NCBI GenBank assembly: GCA_965112635.1
Contig: OZ218778.1
Location: 2,592,001 to 2,656,000, forward strand
Length of the DNA stretch: 64,000 nucleotides
Source of the DNA: an uncultured bacterium
Lineage (GTDB): Bacteria; Oederibacteriota; Oederibacteriia; Oederibacteriales; Oederibacteriaceae
Reading direction: 5' to 3'
Shown: one piece after another, positions 47,993-59,900 of the stretch
Position numbering within the stretch: position 1 is the first letter of the stretch
Layout: each line of letters starts with the position of its first letter
Notes under the pieces: model-generated
Database searches by the model: none
Seen by the model: the letters and a program-made list of their open reading frames with translations, nothing else
Told to the model about the DNA's origin: nothing
Program-made: the position numbers and the translations under genes

Positions 47993-50900
47993 TCATTGCT
48001 TTGCTCCTCTGATGACCGCGATCTTCTTGATGATGAGTTTCCTGGAGGTCTTCAACACCACCAGATAAATGTCGTTGGCCACCTCGTCGTTAAAGTTGTT
48101 CCTGCCGTTCCACTTGGTATAGGTCCAGCCGCCGTTGAACATGCCGTCCATCAGGTTGACGACGAGGATATCCCCTGAAAGGTTATAGATATTCAGGGAA
48201 GTCTGTGACGGAGACTCCAAGAAGACCCTGATATTAAGCTGGCCGCCCTGAGTAAAGAGCCTGTTCTTATCCAGGAACAACTGGTCGCCGCCTGGGTTCT
48301 CGTTCAGCGGAATATCCTGGGTCACAATGGTCAGAGGCGGCACAAAGACCGGTATGCTCGTGGGCAGATAACCGGTCTTTGATCCGGTCACCGTGTGATT
48401 TCCCGGTGTGACCTGACCAAAGGTATAGTGGCCCGTGGAATCCGCATAGGTCTGCGACCCGTCCTCCAGCTGGACAAGAGCGCCGGGTATCGGCTGGCCT
48501 GTCTGCGCGTCATAGACAAGCCCGGTCAGGACGCTGAACTGCGGCGTGGGTGTTACCGTCATCGTCTGGGTGATCGTGGCGGTGCCGGTGCTGGTCGTGG
48601 AGGATGTGACCGTGAAGCTCGGGTTCATGGTGGTGGTCGCGGTCATGGTGGCCGTCTGGGTCGCTGTTTCCGTGGCCGTGGTCGTCTGGGTGAAGGTCGG
48701 AGAAACAGTGGGCGTCAAAGTGATGGTCGCGGTCAAAGTCACTGTGCCGCTCTGGGTGCTTGTGGTGGTCACGGTCCCCGTGGCCGTGGCGGTAAAGGTC
48801 CGGCTGCTGGTCGCTGTGGCCGTGGCGGTATAGGTCGCTGTAGCGGTACTGGTGTTGGTATGCGAATTGATCAACGTCACGGTCGCCGTGACGGTGCTAG
48901 TCGCCGTAGCGGTCCTTGTGGCGGTCGCAGTCGCCGTGTTCGTCCTGGTATTGGTGGACGTCGCGGTGACCGTCATAGACAGGGTGTTTGTTGAGGTGCT
49001 GGTCGCCGTGGCGGTCTTTGTGGCGGTCGCCGTGACGGTCGCCGTGTTGGTAGAGGTCGCGGTGGCCGTATAGGTCATGGACATCGTCACCGTAGCCGTA
49101 CTGGTAGCGGTACTCGTGGCCGTAGCGGTGGCGGTCGCGGTGGCCGTGGCGGTAACCGTGGCCGTCCCGGTGGCTGTGGCCGTAGCGGTAGCCGTGCCGG
49201 TGGGGCTTTCCGTAGCCGTCGTGGTTGCCGTCGTTGTGGCGGTCGCCGTGCCGGTGGCCGTCATGGTCTCCGTGGCGGTAGACGTGGCGGTAGATGTGGC
49301 GGTTCCGCAGGACAGGCCAAGGATACTGACATTATCAAAGGTCCCCGTGCTCAAAGCGTTGACATTGCCGCTGTCCACCGCTAATCCCACATACAAGCTT
49401 ATACCCATAGCGATGGTCTGCGGTGAACCGACCATGACCCAGTTGCTGCCGTCTGTGGAAAGATAGCCGGTGAACACGTTGCCCATCCTGGTCAGCTTGA
49501 CCCAGTAGGGCGGCGTCGCCGGTGTGGAGCTCTGGAATGTGCCTGCATTTTCGGCCATGCGGTACTGGAATACGTCCTTCGAGCCTCCCACGCCTCCCTG
49601 GTACAGGGCCATATAGGCGTTGGGAGCGCCGGCATCCAGCGACTCCCTCATCATCACCCCGACCTTGGCTGGAGCGATGCCGGTCACCTCGGCGATGATC
49701 TGGCCGTCTCCGGTCATGATCTGGGACTCAAAGTTGAACGCGTCGGCATTGCCGCCGATGTCGCCGCCCGCGCCGGTCACGGCGAACTGCTGGCAGTAAT
49801 TGTCCGCGGTGCCTGTCAGGCCGACATTGCCGATATCCTGATCTTGCCAGGTGCATGCCCAGGTCAAAGCGCAGGTCGGCGTATCGGTGATGGTGCCGGT
49901 CATGCTCGCGGTGACCGTCAGGGTGATGGTGGCGGTCTCGGTAGCCGTCATGGTAGTAGTGCTGGTCGCGGTCGCTGTGACGGTGAGGGTCACGGTGTCG
50001 GTGTCGGTGGCGGTGGCGGTCTCCGTGTTCGTGTTGGTGATCGTGCTGGTAGCCGTGGAGGTGGCGGTTTCCGTGACCGTTGCAGTGGAGGTGCTGGTGG
50101 CGGTTACCGTAGCGGTCATGGTTTCAGTGGCTGTGCTTGTGGAAGAAGGCGTAGCCGTACTGGTAGCGGTCGCGCTGGCGGTCTGCGTCTCTGTCGCCGT
50201 TCCTGTGGCCGTGGCGGTCGAGGTCATAGTCACGGTCATGGTCTCGGTGCTCGTACTGGTATTCGTGGCTGTATTTGTGGATGTATTGGTAGAGGTAGCC
50301 GTTGTGGTAACGGTGGCCGTATTTGTGGCCGTGCCCGTGGTGGTGTCGGTGGCGGTCTGGGTGTCCGTATTCGTGGCCGTGGCCGTGGCGGTCGAGGTGT
50401 CTGTACTAGTGGCTGTGGCTGTAGTGGTAGCCGTCGCGGTCTGGGTGGCCGTACTCGTGGCCGTACTGGTGTAGGTCAGAGACATGGTCGGCGTACTTGT
50501 AGGGGTAGCAGTCGCCGTAGCGGTCTCCGTATTCGTAGTGGTAGCTGTAGTCGTAGCCGTCGCGGTAGCGGTGGCGGTTTGGGTGTCCGTATTCGTAGCC
50601 GTACCAGTGGATGTTGCTGTATTGGTCGTAGTCCCGGTCATGGTCGCCGTCGCCGTGTTGGTAGCCGTACAGGTCGCGGTGTTGGTGGCGGTCTCCGTGT
50701 CCGTATTCGTGGTCGTGGCCGTGGCCGTCGCGGTGTTGGTATTCGTGGCTGTCGCGGTAGCGGTAGCAGTAGCCGTAGCCGTGGCGGTTGCCGTCGCCGT
50801 AGCCGAGGCTGTATTCGACAAGGTGTCCGTCGCCGTCGTCGTCGCCGTCGCGCTCGCTGTAGCTGTCGCGGAAGCCGTGGCCGTATTGGTGGCGGTCTGG

Positions 50901-53900
50901 GTGCCCGTATTTGTAGCCGTGTCAGTAGTGGTGTCGGTGGCGGTCTGGGTGTCCGTATTCGTAGTCGTAGCCGTCGTTGTCGCTGTGTTGGTACTGGTAG
51001 CCGTGGCCGTAGTCGTGGCTGTAGCAGTAGTCGTGGCGGTTGCCGTCGCCGTCGCCGTGGCCGTATTCGACATCGTATACGTCGCCGTCGTCGTCGCCGT
51101 CGCCGTGGTCGTATTGGTCGCGGTAGCCGTAGCGGTAGCTGTGGCCGTGGCCGTGGCGGTAGTGGTCGCGGTAGCGGTCGCGGTAGCGGTATTGGTCATC
51201 GTCCCTGTTTCCGTATTCGTACCCGTGCTGGTCACTGTCGCAGTCGCCGTATTCGTGGCTGTGGCCGTAGAGGTAGCCGTGGTGGTGTTGGTGGCGGTCT
51301 GGGTGGCCGTATTCGTGGCCGTGCCCGTAGTGGTGTCGGTGGCGGTCTGAGTGGCCGTATTCGTGGTTGTGCCCGTAGCGGTCGCGGTGTTGGTATTCGT
51401 GGCTGTCGCGGTAGCGGTGGCTGTAGCCGTAGTCGTGGCGGTGGCCGTCGCCGTAGTCGTGGCCGTATTGGACAACGTATCCGTCGCCGTCGTCGTCGCC
51501 GTCGCGCTCGCCGTGGAGGTAGCTGTCGCCGTGGCCGTATTGGTGGCGGTCTGGGTGTTCGTATTCGTGACCGTGGCCGTGGCGGTTTCTGTGTTCGTAT
51601 TGGTAGCGGTCGCTGTGGTCGTGGCGGTCGCGGTCGCCGTTGCGGTGGCGGTAACCGTAGCCGTATTTGTAGATGTAAGGGTTGCCGTTGCGGTCGCTGT
51701 AGCGCTCGCCGTAGCCGTGGTGGTGTTAGTGGCGGTCTGAGTGTCAGTATTTGTGGCCGTGGTTGTGGCCGTCGAAGTATTGGTGTTAGTGGCAGTGGTT
51801 GTAGTCGTAGCGGTAGCCGTCGCCGTGGCCGTCGCCGTGGCCGTCGCCGTAGCCGTGTTCGTCATCGTGGTCGTCGCGGTCGCCGTCGTGGTCGCTGTGG
51901 CTGTAGCGGTAGCCGTGGCCGTATTGGTAGCGGTCTGGGTATCCGTATTCGTGGCTGTGGCCGTAGAAGTATTCGTGTTGGAGTTGGTGGCCGTAGCCGT
52001 TGCCGTGGCTGTAGCGGTATTTGTGGCGGTAGCCGTCGCGGTTGCGGTGCTGGTATTTGATAACGTGTTCGTTGCTGTTGCCGTATTTGTAGCGGTAGCC
52101 GTTGCCGTCGCGGTCGCCGTCGCGGTAGCGGTAGCGGTCTGGGTATACGTATTCGTGGCCGTTGCCGTTGCCGTCGCCGTGCTGGTATTGGAGGCCGTCA
52201 CGGTAGCGGTGGCTGTAGCGGTGGCCGTGGCGGTCGCTGTAGCCGTAGCCGTAGCCGTATTGGTAGCGGTCTGGGTGTTCGTGTTCGTGGTTGTGGCTGT
52301 GGCAGTCGCCGTGTTGGTATTGGTGGCCGTGGCCGTAGTCGTCGCTGTGGCGGTATTTGTGGCGGTAGTCGTCGCAGTAGCAGTAGCCGTATTTGACAAC
52401 GTATTCGTAGCCGTAGCCGTAGCCGTCGCGGAAGCCGTAGCCGTATTGGTGGCAGTCTGGGTATTCGTGTTCGTGGTGGTGGCTGTAGCTGTAGCTGTGT
52501 TGGTATTGGTAGCCGTGGCTGTGGCTGTGGCGGTATTTGTGGCGGTAGCCGTAGCTGTAGCCGTCGCTGTGGCCGTGTTCGACAACGTATTTGTCGCTGT
52601 TGCCGTAGAGGTAGCGGTAAACGTAGCTGTATTAGTGGCGGTCTGGGTGTTCGTATTCGTGGTTGTGGCTGTGGCGGTCGCCGTATTGGTATTGGTCGCG
52701 GTAGCGGTGGCTGTAGCCGTAGCCGTCGCGGTAGCCGTCGCCGTAGCGGTAGCTGTAGCTGTGTTCGACATCGTAGTCGTCGCTGTAGCCGTAGAGGTAG
52801 CGGTAAACGTAGCTGTATTAGTGGCGGTCTGGGTATTCGTGTTCGTGGTTGTGGCTGTGGCGGTCGCCGTGTTGGTATTGGTGGCCGTGGCTGTAGCGGT
52901 AGCCGTCGCGGTAGCCGTCGCTGTAGCTGTCGCGGAAGCTGTGGCCGTGTTCGACAAAGTAGCCGTGGATGTAGCTGTAGCTGTAGCCGTCGCTGTCGCC
53001 GTCGCGGTAGCGGTGGCCGTATTGGTAGCGGTCTGGGTGTTCGTGTTCGTGGTTGTGGCTGTGGCGGTCGCCGTGTTGGTATTCGTGGCTGTCGCGGTAG
53101 CGGTAGCTGTGGCGGTATTTGTGGCGGTAGCCGTAGCTGTAGCCGTCGCCGTATTCGACATCGTAGTCGTCGCTGTAGCCGTAGAGGTAGCGGTAAACGT
53201 AGCTGTATTAGTGGCGGTCTGGGTATTCGTGTTCGTGGTTGTGGCTGTGGCGGTCGCCGTGTTGGTATTCGTGGCTGTCGCGGTAGCGGTAGCTGTGGCG
53301 GTATTTGTGGCGGTAGCCGTAGCTGTAGCCGTCGCCGTATTCGACATCGTAGTTGTAGATGTCGACGTCGCGGTTGCCGTCGCTGTGGCTGTCGCGGAAG
53401 CTGTGGCCGTATTGGTAGCGGTCTGGGTATTCGTATTCGTGGTTGTGGCTGTGGCGGTCGCCGTATTGGTATTGGTCGCGGTAGCGGTGGCTGTAGCTGT
53501 AGCCGTCGCGGTAGCCGTCGCCGTAGCGGTAGCCGTGGCTGTGTTCGACATCGTAGTTGTAGATGTCGACGTCGCGGTTGCCGTCGCTGTAGCTGTCGCG
53601 GAAGCTGTGGCCGTATTGGTAGCGGTCTGGGTATTCGTGTTCGTGGTTGTGGCTGTGGCGGTCGCCGTGTTGGTATTGGTAGCCGTGGCCGTGGCTGTCG
53701 CGGTAGCGGTAGCCGTAGCCGTCGCGGTAGCGGTAGCCGTCGCCGTATTCGACATCGTGGTCGTGGATGTCGATGACGCTGTCGCCGTCGCTGTAGCCGT
53801 CGCGGTAGCGGTGGCCGTATTGGTAGCGGTCTGGGTATTCGTGTTCGTGGTTGTGGCTGTGGCGGTCGCCGTATTGGTATTGGTCGCGGTAGCGGTGGCT

Positions 53901-56900
53901 GTAGCTGTAGCCGTCGCAGTAGCCGTCGCCGTAGCGGTAGCCGTCGCCGTATTCGACATCGTGGTCGTGGATGTCGATGTCGCTGTCGCCGTCGCTGTAG
54001 CCGTCGCGGTAGCGGTGGCCGTATTGGTAGCGGTCTGGGTATTCGTGTTCGTGGTTGTGGCTGTGGCGGTCGCCGTATTGGTATTGGTAGCTGTCGCGGT
54101 AGCGGTGGCTGTCGCGGTAGCCGTAGCCGTCGCGGTAGCGGTAGCCGTCGCCGTATTCGACATCGTGGTCGTGGATGTCGCTGTCGCTGTCGCCGTAGCG
54201 GTGGCTGTACTGGTAGCGGTCCGAGTATTCGTATTCGTAGTTGTGGCTGTGGCGGTTGCCGTATTGGTATTGGTTGCTGTCGCGGTAGCGGTAGCTGTGG
54301 CGGTATTTGTGGCGGTAGCCGTAGCTGTAGCCGTCGCCGTATTCGACATCGTGGTCGTCGCTGTCGCCGTTGCGGTTGCCGTCGCTGTAGCTGTCGCGGA
54401 AGCGGTGGCCGTATTGGTAGCGGTCTGGGTGTTCGTGTTCGTGGTTGTGGCCGTGGCAGTAGCCGTATTGGTATTGGTGGCTGTCGCGGTAGCTGTAGCT
54501 GTAGCGGTATTTGTGGCGGTAGCCGTCGCAGTAGCAGTAGCCGTATTTGACATCGTGGTTGTTGATGTCGCTGTGGCTGTCGCGGTAGCGGTAGCTGTAC
54601 TGGTAGCGGTCTGAGTATTCGTATTCGTGGTTGTGGCTGTGGCGGTCGCCGTATTGGTATTGGTCGCGGTAGCGGTGGCTGTAGCTGTAGCGGTAGCTGT
54701 AGCCGTGGCCGTGTTCGACATTGTGGTTGTAGTTGTCGCCGTCGCTGTCGCTGTCGCAGTAGAGGTAGCTGTTGCCGTAGATGTAGCTGTAGCACTCGCC
54801 GTAGCCGTGGCTGTGGCCGTTGCCGTGGCCGTGTTCGACATCGTGGTCGTCGCTGTCGCCGTCGCTGTTGCGGTAGCGGTGGCCGTATTGGTAGCGGTCT
54901 GGGTGTTCGTGTTCGTGGTTGTGGCAGTAGCACTCGCTGTGTTGGTATTAGTGGCTGTCGCGGTAGCGGTAGCTGTAGCGCTCGCTGTTGCTGTAGCCGT
55001 AGCCGTAGCAGTAGCCGTATTTGACATCGTGGTCGTAGATGTCGCCGTGGCTGTTGCGGAAGCGGTAGCTGTGCTGGTAGCGGTTCGAGTATTCGTATTC
55101 GTGGTTGTGGCTGTAGCGGTCGCTGTGTTGGTATTGGTAGCCGTGGCCGTAGCTGTGGCCGTAGCGGTAGCCGTTGCCGTGGCTGTGGCGGTAGCTGTCG
55201 CTGTCATGGACATCGTAGTCGTTGACGTCGCCGTCGCGGTCGCTGTCGCAGTAGAGGTAGCTGTTGCCGTAGATGTAGCTGTAGCACTCGCCGTAGCCGT
55301 AGCTGTAGCCGTCGCCGTGGCAGTGTTAGACATCGTTGTAGTAGTTGTCGATGTCGCAGTCGCTGTCGCAGTAGCCGTGGCCGTTGCTGTGGCCGTATTG
55401 GTAGCGGTCTGGGTATACGTATTCGTGGTTGTGGCTGTAGCGGTCGCTGTGTTGGTATTGGTGGCTGTCGCGGTAGCGGTAGCTGTAGCTGTCGCGGTAG
55501 CCGTCGCGGTAGCGGTAGCCGTCGCCGTATTCGACATCGTGGTCGTGGATGTCGCTGTCGCTGTCGCCGTAGCGGTGGCTGTACTGGTAGCGGTCCGAGT
55601 ATTCGTATTCGTAGTTGTGGCTGTGGCGGTTGCCGTATTGGTATTGGTTGCTGTCGCGGTAGCGGTAGCTGTGGCGGTATTTGTGGCGGTAGCCGTAGCT
55701 GTAGCCGTCGCCGTATTCGACATCGTGGTCGTCGCTGTCGCCGTTGCGGTTGCCGTCGCTGTAGCTGTCGCGGAAGCGGTGGCCGTATTGGTGGCGGTTT
55801 GGGTATACGTATTCGTGGTGGTGGCTGTGGCGGTTGCCGTATTGGTATTGGTGGCTGTCGCGGTAGCGGTAGCTGTAGCGCTCGCCGTAGCTGTCGCTGT
55901 GGCCGTTGCCGTGGCTGTATTCGACAACGTGGTCGTTGATGTCGCTGTGGCTGTCGCAGTGGCCGTAGCTGTACTGGTAGCGGTCCGAGTATTCGTATTC
56001 GTGGCCGTGGCTGTAGCGCTCGCCGTAGCCGTAGCAGTCATGGACATCGTAGTCGTGGACGTCGCTGTCGCGGTCGCGGTCGCAGTAGCCGTGGCTGTAG
56101 CTGTGGCCGTATTGGTAGCGGTCTGGGTGTTCGTATTCGTGGTTGTGGCTGTGGCGGTCGCTGTGTTGGTATTGGTGGCCGTCGCGGTAGTCGTAGCTGT
56201 AGCACTCGCTGTTGCTGTAGCCGTGGCGGTAGCCGTAGCGGTCATAGACATCGTGGTCGTTGTTGTCGCCGTGGCTGTCGCAGTAGCGGTAGCTGTACTG
56301 GTGGCAGTCTGGGTATTCGTATTCGTGGTTGTGGTTGTAGCGGTCGCTGTATTGGTATTGGTGGCTGTCGCAGTAGCGGTAGCTGTAGCGGTATTTGTGG
56401 CGGTAGCCGTAGCTGTAGCCGTGGCCGTGTTCGATAATGTAGTCGTTGTGGTCGCTGTAGCTGTGGCTGTAGCCGAAGCTGTAGCGGTAGCCGTCGCTGT
56501 AGCTGTCGCGGTAGCGGTCGCCGTACTCGTGGCGGTCCGAGTGCTTGTACTCGTGGCTGTGGCGGTCGCTGTGTTGGTATTGGTCGCGGTAACTGTGGCC
56601 GTATTGGTGTTCGTATTCGTGGCCGTGGCTGTAGCCGTATTTGTGGACGTGAATATAGCTGTGGCCGTGGCTGTTGCCGTCGAAGTGGCCGTCGCTGTCG
56701 CCGTGTTCGTAGCGGTCTGACTGTTTGTATTCGTGGTTGTGGCTGTGGCAGTCGCTGTGTTGGTGTTGGTGGCTGTCGCGGTAGCCGTAGCTGTAGCACT
56801 CGCCGTTGCTGTAGCCGTGGCGGTAGCCGTAGCTGTCATAGACATGGTGGTCGTTGAGGTCGCTGTAGACGTAGCTGTGTTGGTATTGGTGGCTGTCGCG

Positions 56901-59900
56901 GTAGCCGTAGCCGTAGCGCTCGCTGTAGCTGTCGCGGTAGCGGTAGCCGTAGCGGTCATGGACAAAGTATTGGTAGCTGTCGCCGTCGCCGTGGCCGTAT
57001 TGGTCGCCGTACTCGTGGCGGTCCGAGTGCTCGTACTCGTGGCTGTGGCGGTCGCTGTGTTGGTATTTGTCGCGGTAGCTGTGGATGTATTGGTGTTCGT
57101 ATTCGTGGCCGTGGCTGTAGCCGTATTTGTGGACGTGAATATAGCCGTGGCCGTGGCTGTAGCCGTCGAAGTGGCTGTCGCTGTAGCCGTGTTCGTAGCT
57201 GTCTGACTGTTCGTATTCGTGGTTGTGGCTGTAGCGGTCGCCGTGTTGGTATTGGTGGCTGTGGCTGTGGCCGTAGCGGTTGCGCTCGCCGTAGCCGTGG
57301 CTGTGGCTGTTGCCGTAGCGGTCATAGACATCGTGGTCGTTGAGGTTGCTGTAGACGTGGCTGTGTTGGTATTGGTGGCCGTGGCGGTAACGGTAGCTGT
57401 AGCACTCGCCGTAGCCGTAGCTGTGGCTGTAGCCGTAGCGGTCATGGACAAAGTATTGGTAGCTGTCGCCGTCGCCGTGGCCGTATTGGTCGCCGTACTC
57501 GTGGCGGTCCGAGTGCTCGTACTCGTGGCTGTGGCGGTCGCTGTGTTGGTATTGGTCGCGGTAGCTGTGGCCGTATTGGTGTTCGTATTTGTGGCCGTGG
57601 CTGTAGCCGTATTTGTGGACGTAAATATAGCCGTGGCCGTGGCTGTTGCCGTCGAAGTGGCTGTCGCTGTCGCCGTATTGGTAGCGCTCTGGGTGTTCGT
57701 ATTTGTGGCCGTGGCTGTAGCCGTATTCGTGGACGTGAATATAGACGTCGACGTCGCTGTCGTGGTGTTGGTGGCCGTCGCTGTCGCCGTGCTCGTAGCG
57801 GTCCGAGTGCTCGTACTTGTAGCTGTAGCGGTCGCCGTGTTGGTATTAGTCGCCGTAGATGTGGCTGTATTGGTATTCGTATTTGTGGCCGTGGCTGTAG
57901 CCGTATTTGTGGACGTAAATATAGCCGTGGCCGTGGCTGTTGCTGTCGAAGTGGCTGTCGCTGTCGCCGTATTGGTAGCGCTCTGGGTGTACGTATTCGT
58001 GGTTGTGGCCGTAGCACTAGCCGTGTTGGTATTGGTCGCGGTAGCCGTAGCTGTAGCCGTAGCGGTGTTGGTATTGGTGGCCGTAGATGTAGCTGTAGCG
58101 GTCATCGACATCGTGGTCGTTGATGTCGCCGTAGACGTTGTTGTATTGGTCGCTGTGCTCGTGGCCGTCTGGGTGCTCGTACTTGTAGCTGTAGCGCTCG
58201 ATGTGTTGGTATTGGTCGCGGTAGCTGTGGATGTGTTGGTGTTCGTATTTGTGGCCGTGGCTGTAGCCGTATTCGTGGACGTGAATATAGACGTCGACGT
58301 CGCTGTCGTGGTGTTGGTGGCCGTCGCTGTCGCCGTGCTCGTAGCGGTCCGAGTGCTCGTACTTGTAGCTGTAGCGGTCGCCGTGTTGGTATTAGTCGCC
58401 GTAGATGTGGCTGTATTGGTATTCGTATTTGTGGCCGTGGCTGTAGCCGTATTTGTGGACGTAAATATAGCCGTGGCCGTGGCTGTTGCTGTCGAAGTGG
58501 CTGTCGCTGTCGCCGTATTGGTAGCGCTCTGGGTGTACGTATTCGTGGTTGTGGCTGTAGCACTAGCCGTGTTGGTATTGGTCGCGGTAGCCGTGGCTGT
58601 AGCCGTAGCTGTAGCACTCGCCGTAGCTGTAGCAGTTGCCGTAGATGTAATAGACATCGTGGTTGTTGATGTCGCCGTAGACGTTGTTGTATTGGTCGCT
58701 GTGCTCGTGGCCGTCTGGGTGCTCGTACTTGTAGCTGTAGCGCTCGATGTGTTGGTATTGGTCGCGGTAGCTGTGGATGTGTTGGTGTTCGTATTTGTGG
58801 CCGTGGCTGTAGCCGTATTCGTGGACGTGAATATAGACGTCGACGTCGCTGTCGTCGTGTTCGTCGCCGTAGCCGTCGCCGTGTTCGTCGGGCTCTGCGT
58901 GTAGGTATACGTGGATGTCGATGTCGCCGTATTTGTATTGGTCGCCGTACTTGTGGCGCTCTGAGTGTTCGTAGCCGTGGCCGTGGCTGTCAACGTGATC
59001 GTATTGGTAGACGTAGATGTGGCTGTATTGCTGTTCGTAGCCGTGGCTGTAGCCGTAGCTGTGCTCGTGGACGTGAATATAGACGTCGACGTCGCTGTCG
59101 TCGTGTTCGTCGCCGTAGCCGTCGCCGTGTTCGTCGGGCTCTGCGTGTAGGTATACGTGGATGTCGATGTCGCCGTATTTGTATTGGTCGCCGTACTTGT
59201 GGCGCTCTGAGTGTTCGTAGCCGTGGCCGTGGCTGTCAACGTGATCGTATTGGTAGACGTAGATGTGGCTGTATTGCTGTTCGTAGCCGTGGCTGTAGCC
59301 GTAGCTGTGCTCGTGGACGTGAATATAGACGTCGACGTCGCTGTCGTCGTGTTCGTCGCCGTAGCCGTCGCCGTGTTCGTCGGGCTCTGCGTGTAGGTAT
59401 ACGTGGATGTCGATGTCGCCGTATTTGTATTGGTCGCCGTACTTGTGGCGCTCTGAGTGTTCGTAGCCGTGGCCGTGGCTGTCAACGTGATCGTATTGGT
59501 AGACGTAGATGTGGCTGTATTGCTGTTCGTAGCCGTGGCTGTAGCCGTAGCTGTGCTCGTGGACGTGAATATAGACGTCGACGTCGCTGTCGTCGTGTTC
59601 GTCGCCGTAGCCGTCGCCGTGTTCGTCGGGCTCTGCGTGTAGGTATACGTGGATGTCGATGTCGCCGTATTTGTATTGGTCGCCGTACTTGTGGCGCTCT
59701 GAGTGTTCGTAGCCGTGGCCGTGGCTGTCAACGTGATCGTATTGGTAGACGTAGATGTGGCTGTATTGCTGTTCGTAGCCGTGGCTGTAGCCGTAGCTGT
59801 GCTCGTGGACGTGAATATAGACGTCGACGTCGCTGTCGTCGTGTTCGTCGCCGTAGCCGTCGCCGTGTTCGTCGGGCTCTGCGTGTAGGTATACGTGGAT

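Noticed and set aside
49844-58617. Arg/Pro/Gln- and Arg/Gly-rich alternative-frame ORFs (e.g. 52198-54933, 49844-52060)
   Set aside because: Frame-shifted readings of the same low-complexity repeat.
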